Below are positions 1 to 13,307 of a stretch of 64,000 nt of DNA, piece after piece. This stretch comes from an uncultured delta proteobacterium. GTDB lineage: Bacteria > Myxococcota_A > UBA9160 > UBA6930. The stretch covers positions 1,868,942 through 1,932,941 of the forward strand of contig CAVQUJ010000010.1 of NCBI GenBank assembly GCA_963716895.1, given 5' to 3'. Within the stretch, counting starts at the first letter, position 1; every line of letters starts with the position of its first letter. A model generated the notes under the pieces. The model was not told where the DNA came from. It did no database searches and saw only the letters and a list, made by a program, of their open reading frames with translations. The position numbers and the translations under genes were made by a program.

Positions 1-503
1 GCTCTACCTGGTGCGCGACCGACGCGCGCGCGAGATCGACCGCCCTTCCTTCAAGGTGCTCGGCAATCGCACGCTGCTCGAGATCGCCGAGCGGCGGCCG
101 CACGACGAGAGCCGAGCTCGCTGCGATCAAGGGCGTCACCGAGCTGATCCTGCGCCGCTTCGGGCGCGAGGTGCTCGGCGCGGTCGAGCGGGGCGAGAAG
201 AAGGGCCACGGGCCGATCCCGAAGAGCGTCGAGCGCGGCAACGCGCCGCCGCGGCGGCGCATGGACCGCCGCACCGAGCGGCGCCTGCTGCTGCTGAAGC
301 GCTGGCGCTCCGAGCGCGCTCGCGAGATCGGCCTCGACCCGGGCGTGCTCTGCCCGAACACCACGCTCGAGGCGATCGCGTGGCGCAATCCGACGGCGGG
401 CGGCCGAGATCGCCGAGGCGGCGGGCGTGAAGGGCTGGTTCGCGAACACCTTCGCGGACGAGGTGGTCGCGGTGCTGCAGCAGCCCGAAGAGACGCCGGT
501 CTA
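1..503 (+). CDS. rnd: Ribonuclease D-like protein, C-terminal HRDC-domain fragment; 5' end lies upstream of the window and the reading frame shifts at least twice
   Basis: Translations give FKVLGNRTLLEIAERRP, LKRWRSERAREIGLDPGVLCPNTTLEAIAWRNP and a natural C-terminus GVKGWFANTFADEVVAVLQQPEETPV*, spread over three frames. Confidence 0.45.
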
Positions 504-535
504 GGCGCGCGGCGCTCGCGGAGCCCAGAAAGAAG

Positions 536-575
536 AAGGCCCCCCGGAACCATTCCGGAGGGCCGTTCAACCTGG
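536..575 (+). terminator. Candidate intrinsic terminator hairpin after the rnd-like gene
   Basis: GGCCCCCCGG-AACCATT-CCGGAGGGCC forms a 10-bp stem with one mismatch and a 7-nt loop, followed by a weak T-rich tract (CTTTTGG). Confidence 0.3.
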
Positions 576-939
576 GGCTTTTGGAGAGTCTGGGACCAGG
601 CGGGGTGCCGTTCTGGGGGAAAGCGCCTGCTTGGTAGCTCCGTACTCTCCTTGGCTCGGGAATCGGGGGTGAGCGCGCCCGTGTGCCACCGTCCGATTCC
701 CTGCCAGGTTGGCTCCACGAGCTCCGACGTATTTCACGAATCGTGCCAGCTCTGGCACGCGCGCCGAGACGACGCGCAACCGGCCGAGGCGACGGGCCTT
801 TCCCGGATCGAGCGCGCGGTCGCCGACGGCGAGAGCCGCAGCCACCGCTGGCGGCGGCGAGGTGGCCGCGCGCCCTTCGAGCCGGAAAACTCGAGCAGGA
901 TCGAGGCGCTTCGGCGCTCCGACGCCACGCAGTGCACTG

Positions 940-2090
940 CCGCCGCGTTGGCACCCTGCTCGCCGGCGCTCGTGCTCTCCTGCCGCGATGCTGCGCCGGC
1001 CGGCGGCCCGCGCGATCTACGTCGAGCCGGCGCCGGCGAGCGGGGCCGAGGCGCTCCTGCGCCTGGTACGGGGACGCGCGCGGCGCCGTGCTCTACTTCG
1101 GCGACGCGGCCTTCTGGTCGGCGCTGCGCGCCGCGGGCGGCGACCCGACGCGCCGACCTCGGCCGAGCCCGGCCCGCAGCTGGATCGGCCGCTTCGACCT
1201 CGCGCACGAGCGCTTCCTGCCGCCGCTCGAGCTCGGCCCGGCGTCGCTCCCACCGGGCGTCTGGGACGTGCTCGCCCACCCGAACGGCCGCGTCTACTTC
1301 ACCGACCTACTTCGACGTCGCGGGCTAGCGTCGACCCCGCGACGCGGCGAGGTGCGCGAGTTCGAGCGCGGGCCTCGGCCTGAACGAGCTCGCCCTCGGC
1401 CCGGACGGGCAGATCCTCGTCACGCGCTACGGCTTCGAGCGCGACGACGAGGGCTCGCTCGTGGTGCTCGTCGGAGGGCGGCGCGGTCCTCGCCGAGCAC
1501 GTGCTCGAGCGACCCGCCCGGCTGGCGCACGCTCGCGAAGAGCATCGCCTGCGATCCGCTGCGCCACGAGATCTGGGTGAACACCGACCTCCTGCCGCTG
1601 GGCGGCGCGGGCGGCGGTGCTCCACGATGCGCGCGTCCTCGACGCCGACGGGCCGCGAGCGGCTGCGCTGTCGACCGACCCCGAGCTCCAGTTCTTCACC
1701 TTCGCGCGCGGACGGCACCGGCTGCTTCGCCGAGGCGTCGGACGGGCGCGCCTGCGGCTGCGCATCAGCGCTCCGCGCGGCGCGGCCTGCCGATCGGGCC
1801 TCGTCCCGCTCGACGACGCCTTCGACCCGGCGCCACGACTTCGTGCAGGACGTGCGCGCCGAGGCCGACGGCAGCGTCGTCGTGACGCGCTGGAGCGGGC
1901 GCGTCCACGTGGTCGACGCGCGACGGCCGGGTGCGCAGACCTCGCGCTGCCGCGGACCGGCGCGGGCGAGCTCTACTACACCGGCGTCGCGCGTCGGCGA
2001 TCGGGTCTGCGCCACGCGCTGCGGCGGCGTCGAGGTCGTCTGCGAGCGCCTGCGCCTGGCGGCTGGCGACCCCGTTATCCTGCGCCGCCG
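940..2090 (+). CDS. Hypothetical protein with beta-propeller-like short repeats (NHL/Vgb-lyase-like); many frameshifts, boundaries approximate
   Basis: Recurrent motifs HPNGRVYFTD, GPDGQILVTRYG, HEIWVNTDLLPLGG, DGSVVVTRWSGRVHVVD and GELYYTGV are scattered over three reading frames. Confidence 0.3.
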
Positions 2091-3440
2091 TGTACGCCGC
2101 GCGCCGCCAGCGATTCCTCGAGCGCGATGGGCCCCGACGCCGTCGCGATCCTGCTGGGCGCGCGGCTCGTCACGCGCTCGGCCGACACCGAGTTCCCGTT
2201 CCGCCAGGACAGCGACTTCTGGTACCTGACCGGCTTCGACCATCCGCACGCCGCGGCCGTGCTGCGCACCGACGGCGGCCCCGCCTACACGCTCTTCGTC
2301 GAGCCGCGCGACCGCGCCGCGGAGACCTGGACCGGCTACCGGCCGGGCGTCGAGGGCGCAGTCTGCCGACTACGGCGCCGACGAAGCGCATCCCGCGCCG
2401 AGCTGCTCGACGCGAAGCTGCCCGAGCCTGCTCGAAGCGCGCGCAGCGCATCTACCACGTGCTCGGCCGCGACACGAAGCTCGACGCGCGCTCGTCGAGA
2501 TCCTCGACGACGATGCGGCTGCGCTCGCGCGCGGGCTTCGTGCCGCCGGCCGAGATCGTCGACCCGCGCGCGATCGCTGCACGAGATGCGGCTGCGCAAG
2601 GAGCCGGCGGAGCTCGAGATCATGCGGCGCGCGTCGGCGATCAGCGCCGAGGCGCACCGCGACGGCGGCGCGGCTCGCCGAGGAGGGGCGCTTCGAGTAC
2701 GAGCTCGAGGCCGCGCTCGACTACACCGTTCCGCCGCCGCGGCGCGCGCCGGGCCCGCCTACTCGAGCGATCGTCGGCGGCGGGCGCAACGCGACCATCC
2801 TCCACTACATCGCGCAACGACCAGACGCTCGCGGACGGCGAGCTGGTGCTGATCGACGCCGGCTGCGAGCTCGAGGGCTACGCCTCCGACGTGACGCGCA
2901 CCTACCCGGTCGGCGGCGCTACCGCGGCGCGCAGCGCGCGACGTCTACGAGGTGGTGCTCGCGGCGCAGCTCGCGGGCTCGGCGCTCGCGAAGCCGGGCG
3001 CGACGCTGCCGCAGATCCACAGGCGACGACGATGCGAGGCTCGTCGAGGGCATGGTCGAGCTCGGCCTGCTCTCGGGCCGCGCCGACGAGCTGATCCAGG
3101 GCGAGGCGCTACCGGCGCTACTACATGCACAACACCAGCCACTGGCTCGGCCTCGACGTGCACGACGTCGGCGCGTACGCGGTGGACGGCAAGCCGCGCG
3201 CGCTCGAGCCCGGCATGGTGTTCACGGTCGAGCCCGGCCTCTACGTGGCCGCCGACGACGCGAGCGCGCCGCGGAGCTGCGCGGCATCGGCGTGCGCATC
3301 GAGGACGACGTGCTCGTCACCGCCGGCGGCTGCGAGAACCTGACCGCCGCGATCCCGAAGCACCCGGCCGATGTCGAGGCCTGGATGCGCGAATGCAGCG
3401 AAGCGCGCAGTGAGCCGGAGGCGACGCGCCTCGAGCCCTC
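2091..3440 (+). CDS. pepP: Xaa-Pro aminopeptidase (M24B, PepP-like), frameshifted in several places
   Basis: GTG start gives [12 protein letters not shown]; AMP_N motif [18 protein letters not shown]24 core [39 protein letters not shown] and [11 protein letters not shown]...[13 protein letters not shown], recovered from alternating frames. Confidence 0.7.
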
Positions 3441-3461
3441 ACCGCCCAGGAGCACGCACCC

Positions 3462-5427
<1,966 letters not shown>

Positions 5428-5476
5428 GCGCCTCAAGCCGCTCCGTGCTTCCTCCGATGTTCCACTCGGGGGAACC

Positions 5477-6082
5477 ATGGAGCCGAGCGCCAAGGGCACC
5501 ATCGTGATGGGCGTCGTGGCGACCCTCCGGAAGCTCCGGACGAGCGGCCAGCTCACGAACGACCAGCTCGCGGCGCGGCTCTCCGCTGCGGCGCTCGAGC
5601 TGCTCGAGCAGAAGATCGAGCTCGCGCGCTGGTACCCGATGCCGGTGTTCCGCGAACTGGTCGAGTTCGAGTGGGACGTCGTGGCGAAGCGCAACCCCGA
5701 CTACGCGCGGGAGTCTGGCGCGTTGTCCGCCGAGCGCCAGTTCGAGAGCGGCCGCTACCAGCAGATGGATTTCGCGAAGCGCGCCAAGAAGGCGGAGAGC
5801 AGCAACGCACTCCTCCTCCAGGCGAGGCTGATCACCACCGTCACCGCTGCGTTCTACAGCTTCCTCGAGACGAGCGTCGGGATCGATCCTGCGCGCCCCG
5901 ACAAGCTCGAGATCGTCTACGCGAACGCCGCCGCCTTCCCCGAAGCGCTCCGCTACGCGACCGAGGGCTTCATGAACCAGCTCAACGTGCGACAGGGCTC
6001 GAAGCGGCGCTGGACGAGCGAGCGCGTCGCGCCCGAGCGCATCGTGTTCCTGCTGGAGCTGCCCGAGCGGCTCGTGCGCTAG
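5477..6082 (+). CDS. Hypothetical protein, Myxococcales paralogous family (TIGR02265/DUF2378-like), intact
   Basis: Clean 201-aa [23 protein letters not shown]...[15 protein letters not shown]...[20 protein letters not shown]. Shares length and motifs with the convergent neighbour. Confidence 0.6.
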   Translation: MEPSAKGTIVMGVVATLRKLRTSGQLTNDQLAARLSAAALELLEQKIELARWYPMPVFRELVEFEWDVVAKRNPDYARESGALSAERQFESGRYQQMDFAKRAKKAESSNALLLQARLITTVTAAFYSFLETSVGIDPARPDKLEIVYANAAAFPEALRYATEGFMNQLNVRQGSKRRWTSERVAPERIVFLLELPERLVR

Positions 6083-6723
6083 AGCCCGCGGAGCATGCGG
6101 AACACGATGCGGTCGTCCGCGACGCGCTCCCAGCTCCAGAGGTCGGGGTCGCCGTGCACGGTCGCCATCTGGTTGACGAAGCCGTCGGAGCGCCAGGCGA
6201 GCACCTCGGGGAAGTCGCGCGCCTCCGTGACCTCGATCCGGTAGCGGCCCTCGCGCTCGGGGTCCGGCAGCGAGGCCCAGCGCGAGAAGTTGAGGATGCT
6301 GGCGCTCAAGGACGTGAGCAGCCGCAGGTCACGGCCGAAGGCGGCGTAGCGCGCGGCGGCGTCGGTGGCCTTCGCGACTTCGGCGCGGTTCAGATACTCG
6401 AGCTGCGAATAGAGGCCGGCTTCCAGCAGGCGGTTCGCCGTCTGTCGCCCGAGCGTCCGCAGATACTCGTTCGAGCCACCGCCTTCGACCTCGCGCAGCA
6501 GCTCGCTCATGCGCTCGTAGATCCGGATGTCGTACCAGCGCGTGATGACGACGGGCTCCTCGAGGAGCGCGAAGTCCTGCGGCTGGAGGAAGCGGTTCGC
6601 CTCGTGGCGCGGCGCGAGTCCGCTCTGGAGCAGCTTCTTCACGTCTTCGACCACGCCGGCGAAGACGGAGCCCTTGATGGACGGGACGGAGCTCATGGCG
6701 ATCCCATCGACCCGGCGCGGCAC
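6079..6723 (-). CDS. Hypothetical protein, paralog of the 5477-6082 gene (TIGR02265-like), intact
   Basis: 214-aa [35 protein letters not shown]...[11 protein letters not shown]...[16 protein letters not shown]. Stop codons of the two paralogs overlap in the tetranucleotide CTAG at 6079-6082. Confidence 0.6.
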   Translation of the reverse strand: MPRRVDGIAMSSVPSIKGSVFAGVVEDVKKLLQSGLAPRHEANRFLQPQDFALLEEPVVITRWYDIRIYERMSELLREVEGGGSNEYLRTLGRQTANRLLEAGLYSQLEYLNRAEVAKATDAAARYAAFGRDLRLLTSLSASILNFSRWASLPDPEREGRYRIEVTEARDFPEVLAWRSDGFVNQMATVHGDPDLWSWERVADDRIVFRMLRGL

Positions 6724-6736
6724 GCGCTTGAGGCGG

Positions 6737-8356
6737 TCAGGAGCGAGCGCGGTCGCGCAGCTCGACGCGGCGGATCTTGCCGCTCACGGTTTTCGGCAGC
6801 TCGGCGACGAACTCGATCTGGCGCGGATACTTGTACGGCGCGGTCACGGTCTTCACGTGATCCTGCAGCCGGCGCACGAGCGCAGCGTCGCCATGCACGC
6901 CGGGGCGCAGCACGACGTAGGCCTTCACGACGGCGCCGCGGTCCGGGTCGGGCGCAGCGACGGCGGCGGCCTCGAGCACGTCGGGGTGCTCGACGAGCGC
7001 GCTCTCCACTTCGAAGGGGCCGATGCGATAGCCGGCCGAGATGATCACGTCGTCGGCGCGGCCCACGAACCAGAAGTAGCCGTCGGCGTCCACGAAGGCG
7101 CGGTCGCCGGTGACGTACCAGTCGCCGCGGCGAGTGCGCGCAGTGGCGGCTGCGTCCTTCCAGTACTCGCGGAACAGGCTCGGCGGCGCACCGCGCAGCG
7201 CGACGTCGCCGACCTCGCCGGCCGGCAGCGCGCGCCCGGTCTCGTCGATCACGCCGAGCTCGTGGCCGGGCATGGGCAGGCCCATCGAGCCCGGTCGCAC
7301 CGGGTTGCCCGGGAAGTTCCCGATCAAGAGGATCGACTCGGTCTGGCCGAAGCCGTCGCGGATCGTGAGCCCCGTCTTCTCCTGCCAGGCGCGGATCACC
7401 TCGGGGTTCAGCGGCTCGCCGGCCGACACACACTCGCGTAGGCGCGGCACGCGGAGTGAGGCGAGCTTGTCCTCCTTCACGAGCAGGCGGTACTCGGTGG
7501 GCGGCGCGCAGAACACCTGCGGCGCCGCTTCCTCGAGCAGCTCGAGCTCGCGGCGCGGCTCGAAGCGGCCGCCGTACATGAACACCTCGGCGCCGACGCT
7601 CCAGGGGCCGAAGATCACGCTGTAGGCGGCCTTGGCCCAGCCGGTGTCGCTGGTCGTCCAGAGTCGGTCGTCGCCGCGGAGCCCGAGCCAGTACGAAGCG
7701 GTGTAGCGCTGCGCCCAGGTGTAGGCGTGCGTGTGCAGCACCGCCTTCGGCGGGCCGGTGGTGCCCGAGGTGTAGTAGACGAGCGCGGGATCGGAGGCGC
7801 GCGTAGCGTGCCGCGCGCCGGCGTCGTCGGGCTGCGCGGCCAGTGCGGCGTCGAGGCCGAGCCAGCCGGGGCGCTCGCCCCCGAGCAGCAGGCGGTGCGC
7901 GAGGCTCGGCGTCTTCTCGCGCACCTCGTCCACGGCGCCGGCCGAGTCGGGCGTCGTCACCAGTGCGACGCTGCCGCTGTGGTTCACGCGGTACTCGATG
8001 TCCTTCGGCCGCAGGCTGGTGGAGCTCGGGATCACCAGGCAGCCGGCCTCGAGCGCGCCGACGAGAGCGATCTGCCACTCGGGCAGCTTGGGCAGCATCA
8101 CCACGACGGGGTCGCCGGGCCGGACGCCGAGGCTGCGGAGGAGGTGCGCGAAGCGGTTCGCGCCGCGCGCGACGTCGGCGTAGGTGAGGCGGCGCTCGGC
8201 GCCGTCGGCGCCGCGCCAGAGCAAGGCCGGGCGCGCAGGCTCGCGCGCGAAGCGCTCGACCACGTCGCTGCCGAAGTTGAAGCGGTCGGGAGCTTCCCAG
8301 CGAAACGCGTCCCGCTTCCTCTGCCACGCATCGAGCGCCGGATCGAGACCAGACAT
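6737..8356 (-). CDS. Acyl-CoA synthetase / AMP-dependent ligase (medium-chain-like), intact
   Basis: MSGLDPALDAWQ...YYTSGTTGPPKAVLHTHAY...GDWYVTGDRAFVDADGYFWFVGRADDVI...LPKTVSGKIRRVELR. The ORF track joins it to an antisense extension. Confidence 0.8.
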   Translation of the reverse strand: MSGLDPALDAWQRKRDAFRWEAPDRFNFGSDVVERFAREPARPALLWRGADGAERRLTYADVARGANRFAHLLRSLGVRPGDPVVVMLPKLPEWQIALVGALEAGCLVIPSSTSLRPKDIEYRVNHSGSVALVTTPDSAGAVDEVREKTPSLAHRLLLGGERPGWLGLDAALAAQPDDAGARHATRASDPALVYYTSGTTGPPKAVLHTHAYTWAQRYTASYWLGLRGDDRLWTTSDTGWAKAAYSVIFGPWSVGAEVFMYGGRFEPRRELELLEEAAPQVFCAPPTEYRLLVKEDKLASLRVPRLRECVSAGEPLNPEVIRAWQEKTGLTIRDGFGQTESILLIGNFPGNPVRPGSMGLPMPGHELGVIDETGRALPAGEVGDVALRGAPPSLFREYWKDAAATARTRRGDWYVTGDRAFVDADGYFWFVGRADDVIISAGYRIGPFEVESALVEHPDVLEAAAVAAPDPDRGAVVKAYVVLRPGVHGDAALVRRLQDHVKTVTAPYKYPRQIEFVAELPKTVSGKIRRVELRDRARS

Positions 8357-8392
8357 CCGCCGCAGAGTAGCCCCGATTGCTAAACAACCGGC

Positions 8393-9688
8393 GTGCCGCG
8401 CCCTGCCCTCGGCCTCGACTTCGGCACGACGAACAGCGCGCTCGCGCTCAGCGACGGCGCGGGCGCGCCGCGGCTCGCGCGCTTCGTCGGGCCCGACGAG
8501 CTGACGCCGACCTTCCGCTCGCTGCTCTACTTCGACCGCGAGGACGACAAGAGCCCGGTCGAGGTGCACGCCGGGCCGGCCGCGCTGGTCGCCTATCTCG
8601 AGCGCGAGGTGCACGGCGGGCGCCTGATCCAGTCGATGAAGTCGTTCCTCGCGAGCCGGCTCTTCTCGGCGACGGAGATCTTCGGCCGCAGCTATCGGCT
8701 CGAACAGCTGATCGGCACCCTGCTCGGGCGGCTGCGCGAGGAGGCCGAGGCCGAGCTCGGCCAGCCCGTGCGAGCCGCGGTGGTCGGCCGCCCGGTGCGC
8801 TTCGTGGGCGCCGACGGCGACGAGGACGAGGCACTCGCGCTCTCGCGCCTCCACGCCGGGCTCGTGAACGCCGGCTTCCGGGAGGTGCGCTTCGAGTACG
8901 AGCCGATCGGCGCCGCGCGCCACTACGAGCGCGGGCTCGAGCGCGACGAGCTGCTCCTGATCGGCGACTTCGGCGGCGGCACCAGCGACTTCTCGCTGCT
9001 GCGCGTCGGCCCCGGCCGTGCGCGCGACGGCAGCGCCCGCTCGATCCTCGGCAACGACGGCGTGGACGTCGCAGGCGACGCCTTCGACGGCAAGCTCGTG
9101 CGCCACTGCGTCACGCCGCTGCTCGGCCGCGGCGCCGAGTTCGTCTCGTTCTTCGGCCGGCGCCTGCCCGTGCCGGACTGGCTCTACACGCACCTCGAGC
9201 GCTGGCACCACGTCTCGATGCTGAAGTCGCGCCGCACGCTCCAGCTGCTGATCGACCTGCGCCGCGAGGCCGTCGAGCCCGCCCTGCTCGACCGGCTGCT
9301 GCGTGTGGTCGAGCACGACCTCGGCTTCGTGCTCCACCGCGCCACCGAGCAGACCAAGCGCGCCCTCTCGCACGCGCCCGCCGCGCGCTTCCGCATCGAC
9401 CACGACGTCCTGCAGATCGACGTCGAGGTGAGCCGCAGCGACTTCGAGGCGTGGATCGCGCCGGAGCTCCGAGCGATCGCGGGCTGCGTGGACGGCCTGC
9501 TCGCCCGCGCTGGGGTCGCGCCCAGCGCCGTGGACCGCGTGTTCCTGACGGGTGGCTCGTCGCTCGTGCCCGCGGTGCGGCGCATCTTCGAGGAGCGCTT
9601 CGCGCCGGAGCGCATCCGCACCGGCGACGAGTTCACCTCCGTCGCCTCGGGACTCGCGCTCTGCGCGGCCGAGGGCGCTGAATCCTGA
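8393..9688 (+). CDS. yegD: Hsp70-family (YegD-like) putative chaperone/ATPase, intact
   Basis: LGLDFGTTNSALAL, IGDFGGGTSDFSLLRV, VFLTGGSSLVPAVRRIFEERF; 431 aa. Confidence 0.75.
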   Translation: MPRPALGLDFGTTNSALALSDGAGAPRLARFVGPDELTPTFRSLLYFDREDDKSPVEVHAGPAALVAYLEREVHGGRLIQSMKSFLASRLFSATEIFGRSYRLEQLIGTLLGRLREEAEAELGQPVRAAVVGRPVRFVGADGDEDEALALSRLHAGLVNAGFREVRFEYEPIGAARHYERGLERDELLLIGDFGGGTSDFSLLRVGPGRARDGSARSILGNDGVDVAGDAFDGKLVRHCVTPLLGRGAEFVSFFGRRLPVPDWLYTHLERWHHVSMLKSRRTLQLLIDLRREAVEPALLDRLLRVVEHDLGFVLHRATEQTKRALSHAPAARFRIDHDVLQIDVEVSRSDFEAWIAPELRAIAGCVDGLLARAGVAPSAVDRVFLTGGSSLVPAVRRIFEERFAPERIRTGDEFTSVASGLALCAAEGAES

Positions 9689-9710
9689 GCCACGTCAGGG
9701 GCTTGCCAAG

Positions 9711-10328
9711 CTATGCGAACGCGTTCGCAGAGACCAGGCCCGGCGGGTCGCTGCTCCGCTCGCCGAGGATCCACGGCCCGTCGGCCACCCGGGTCAGCAC
9801 CACCACCCCGCCGAGCGGCGGCTCGCCCATCGCCAGCGGCGTGCCGATGAGCTGCCGCGCCAGCTCGCGGATCACGCCCTTGTGGAGCACGCCCGCCGCA
9901 TTGGAAGCGCCGCTCACGAGCAGCCGCTGCGCCGCCCGCCCGACGCGCGCTCGGAATGCGCTGCGCGCCTCCCCGCCCGGATATTCGAAGCCCTCGGCGC
10001 CGGCCTGCCAATCCTGGAAGAGCACCGGGTCGCGCGCCTGGATCTCCTCGCGCGTGAGGCCCTCCCACTGCCCGAAGTGGATCTCGCGCAGGTCGGGATC
10101 GAGACGCACCGGCACGCCGCGCGACACGATGCCGGCCGCGACCCACGAACGGCGCAGGTTGCTCGCCAGCCACAGGTCCACGCGCCGCGAAGCGAGGTGC
10201 GCCCCGAGGTGCGCCATCTGCGCGCGCCCCTCGGCCGAGAGCTCGACGTCGGTGCTGCCGAAGTAGCGAACGCTCGAGGCGCCGTTGGTCTCCCCGTGGC
10301 GGACGAGCAGGATCTGGCGCAGGGCCAT
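9711..10328 (-). CDS. Histidine phosphatase family protein (phosphoglycerate mutase / CobC-like), intact
   Basis: MALRQILLVRHGETNGASSVRYFGSTDVELSAEG has the RHGE catalytic motif; about 205 aa. Confidence 0.7.
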   Translation of the reverse strand: MALRQILLVRHGETNGASSVRYFGSTDVELSAEGRAQMAHLGAHLASRRVDLWLASNLRRSWVAAGIVSRGVPVRLDPDLREIHFGQWEGLTREEIQARDPVLFQDWQAGAEGFEYPGGEARSAFRARVGRAAQRLLVSGASNAAGVLHKGVIRELARQLIGTPLAMGEPPLGGVVVLTRVADGPWILGERSSDPPGLVSANAFA

Positions 10329-10487
10329 GGCGGGTCTCCAGGTCGGGCGGGCCGGCCGGCCGGCCGGCCCGGGGCGGCGAGGATCGGGGAAGGGCTCGAA
10401 TGCGTCAATCGCAGAGTCCCACCTCCGCGGACTACCGCTAGACTCGGCGCCGCTTCGGGGTCCATCGGCTGCGGGGGGAGAGAGCGG

Positions 10488-11853
10488 AGTGACTGCGCGC
10501 GCCTGGCTCGGTGTCGTGCTCACGATCCTGGCGAGCGCGCTGGGCGCGGCCAGCTGGCTGCGCTGCGAGGGAGAGAGCTCGACCGTCAGCGGCCCGGCCC
10601 AGCTGTACGTCGGGCGCAGTGACACGCCCGTCGCGGTCGAGGCCAGCGACGCGCGCTCCGGCATCCGCTCGCTCGAGCTGCGCATCGTGCAGGGTGGCGT
10701 CGATCAGCAGCTCGCGGAGAGTGCCATCTCCGGCAGCCTGCTCACGGGCGGCGTGCGCGGCGCGATCGAGCGCATCGAGGCGGTGGTGAACGCGGAGACG
10801 CTCGGCCTGCACGAGGGCGACGCCCGCCTGATCGCGAAGGCGCACGACTGGTCGTGGCGGAACTGGTTCCGGGGCAACGTCGCGACGCTCGAGATCCCCG
10901 TGACCGTGGACATGACCAAGCCCCGCATCGTGGTGGAGACGGGGCAGACATACGTCGAGCGGGGCGGCGCGGGCGCGGTCGTCTACAGCGTCCGCGAGGC
11001 GACGCGGCGCGACGGCGTGCAGGTGGGCGATGCGTTCTTCCTCGGCCGGCCGTTCCCGGGTGACCCGAAGCGCCGCATCGCATTGTTCGCGATCCCGCGC
11101 GACGTCGCGCCGAACCCGCGCATCGCGGTGATCGCGGTGGATCTCGCCGGCAACGAGGCCGCCGCCACCTGGCCGGTCGCGCTCGAGGAGCGCGTCTTCG
11201 ACGACGTCCGCATCGATCTCACGAGCTCGTTCCTCGAGGTCAAGGTGCGCGAGCTCGCAGAGAGCGTGGGCGTGAAGGAGAACGACGCGCTCGCCGCGTT
11301 CCAGAAGGTCAACAGCGAGATCCGCGCGCAGAACGAGCAGAAGGTGCGCGAGCTGATCGCGAAGTCGAGCGACGAGCCGCTCTTCCGCGGCGCCTTCCAG
11401 CAGATGCGGAACTCGGCCGTCACGAGCCGCTTCGCGGAGCGGCGCAGCTACTACGCGCAGGACAAGAAGGTCTCCGAGGCGATCCACTACGGCTACGACC
11501 TCGCTTCGACCGCGGGCGCGCCGGTCGAGGCGTCGAACCGCGGCCGCGTGTTGTACGCGGGAGAGCTCGGCATCTACGGCAACTGCGTGCTGCTCGACCA
11601 CGGGCTCGGGCTCGTCTCGCTGTACGGGCACCTCTCGCAGATCGACGTGAAGGAAGGGCAGCTCGTCGAGAAGAACGAGAAGCTCGGGCGCTCGGGCGCC
11701 ACGGGCCTCGCGGGCGGCGACCACTTGCACTTCGCCATGCTGGTCGGCGATGCCTATGTGGACCCGACGGAGTGGTGGGACGCCAAGTGGGTCGACGAGA
11801 AGGTGATGTCGCGGCTGAACGGCGGGGCAGTGGCGGAGACGCCCACACCCTAG
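10488..11853 (+). CDS. M23 (LytM-type) peptidase with N-terminal membrane anchor, intact
   Basis: GTG start VTARAWLGVVLTILASALG (TM). C-terminal GYDLASTAGAPVEASNRGRVLYAGELGIYGNCVLLDHGLGLVSLYGHLS...GATGLAGGDHLHFAM. Start could be further upstream (ORF track gives 10285). Confidence 0.75.
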
Positions 11854-12924
11854 GCCCGCGGCGCGGGAGCATCCGGCGGGCGCTGCTCGCCTGGTATCGC
11901 CGCGAGCGCCGCGACCTGCCCTGGCGCCGCACGCGCGACCCGTGGGCGATCTGGGTCTCCGAGACGATGCTGCAGCAGACGCGCGTCGAGACGGTGATCC
12001 CGTACTACGAGCGCTTCCTCGCGCGCTTCCCGACGGTGGAGGCGCTGGCCGACGCCGAGCCGGACGAGCTGATGCAGCACTGGGCCGGGCTCGGCTACTA
12101 CTCGCGCGCGCGGAACCTGCAGGCCGCGGCGCGGAAGGTCGCGAGCGAGCACGGCGGCCGCGTGCCCGACGAGGTGGACGCGCTGCTCGAGCTGCCCGGC
12201 GTCGGCCGGTACACCGCCGGCGCGCTCGCCTCGATCGCCTTCGACCGCCCGGCGCCGATCGTGGACGGCAACGTGGCGCGCGTGCTCGCGCGCCTGCTCG
12301 ACCTCGCGCTCGACGTGAAGAGCCCGGCGGCGCAGCGGCTGCTCTGGAGCGAGGCCGAGGCGCTCGCCGCGGGGCCCGCGCCCGGCGACCTGAACCAGGC
12401 GCTGATGGAGCTCGGCGCGCTCGTCTGCACGCCGCGCGCGCCGCGCTGCCTCGCTCTGCCCGCTGCGCGAGGCGTGCCGCGGCCTCGCGGCCGGCCGCGC
12501 GGAGGAGCTGCCGGTGAAGTCCGCCAAGGCGGCGCCGCGAGCGGTCGAGGCGGTGGCGGCGTGGCTCGCGCGCGGCCCGCGCGTGCTCGCGGTGCGCCGC
12601 CCGCCGAGCGGGCTGCTCGGCGGGCTGTGGGAGCTGCCGGGCGGCGAGCTCGCGCCGGGCGAAGCGCCCGCGAGCGGGCTCGCACGCGCGCTGCGCGAGC
12701 GCATCGGCCTCGCGCCCGCGCGTGCGACGCCAGTCGGCGCTGTCATGCACGGCTTCACACACCGCACGCTCCGCCTCCACGTCTTCCGCGCCGATGCGCC
12801 GGCCGGGCGCGTGCGCCGCCGCGAGCTCGACGCGCATCGCTGGCTCGCGCGCACCGCGTTCTCCGAGCTGCCGCTCTCCGCGGTGGCGAAGAAGGCTCTC
12901 GCCCTGCTCGACACCGATGGGTGA
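11772..12924 (+). CDS. mutY: A/G-specific adenine DNA glycosylase MutY; one frameshift near 12447, start uncertain and may overlap the M23 gene
   Basis: [72 protein letters not shown]|[11 protein letters not shown] (4Fe-4S cluster loop split by the shift), NUDIX-like C-terminal LWELPGGE. Confidence 0.75.
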
Positions 12925-13307
12925 CGACGGCTTCGAGGTCACGCGGAGCGGCGAGCGCAGCGAAGGCCTCGCACGCGGGATCGACCGCGCGCACCTCGTC
13001 CGCCTGCGCCGCGGCGAGCGTGCGCTTCGAGCGGCGCATCGACCTGCACGGCCTCACCAGCGCCGAGGCGCGCCGCGAGCTCACGGCCGAGCTGCGGGAG
13101 GCGTTCGCGGCGGGCGAACGCTGCGCCCTCGTGGTCCACGGCCGCGGGCTCCACTCCGAGAGCGGCCCGGTGCTGCGAGACGGCGTGGTGGGCTGGCTGA
13201 CGGCGCCGCCGCTCGCGGCCCTCGTCCTGGCCTTCGCGAGCGCATTGCCCCGCGATGGCGGCCCGGGCGCCAGCTACGTGCTGCTACGGCGGGCGCGGCC
13301 GGGTTGA
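12917..13307 (+). CDS. Smr-domain protein; one frameshift near 13020, start overlaps the mutY stop
   Basis: [39 protein letters not shown] is the Smr signature. Confidence 0.55.

Noticed and set aside
10438-12942. 834-aa minus-strand ORF; similar giant ORFs at 18520-24069 (+, 1849 aa), 6693-8387 (-), 46969-49497 (-), 136-954 (-), 24498-27209 (-), 31366-32169 (-)
   Set aside because: They are antisense or out-of-frame to genes with unmistakable conserved motifs (M23 peptidase/mutY, RND pump, acyl-CoA synthetase, dnaA). Their translations are Arg/Ala/Pro/Gly-rich with no motifs, which is the expected stop-codon-poor artefact of about 73% GC DNA.
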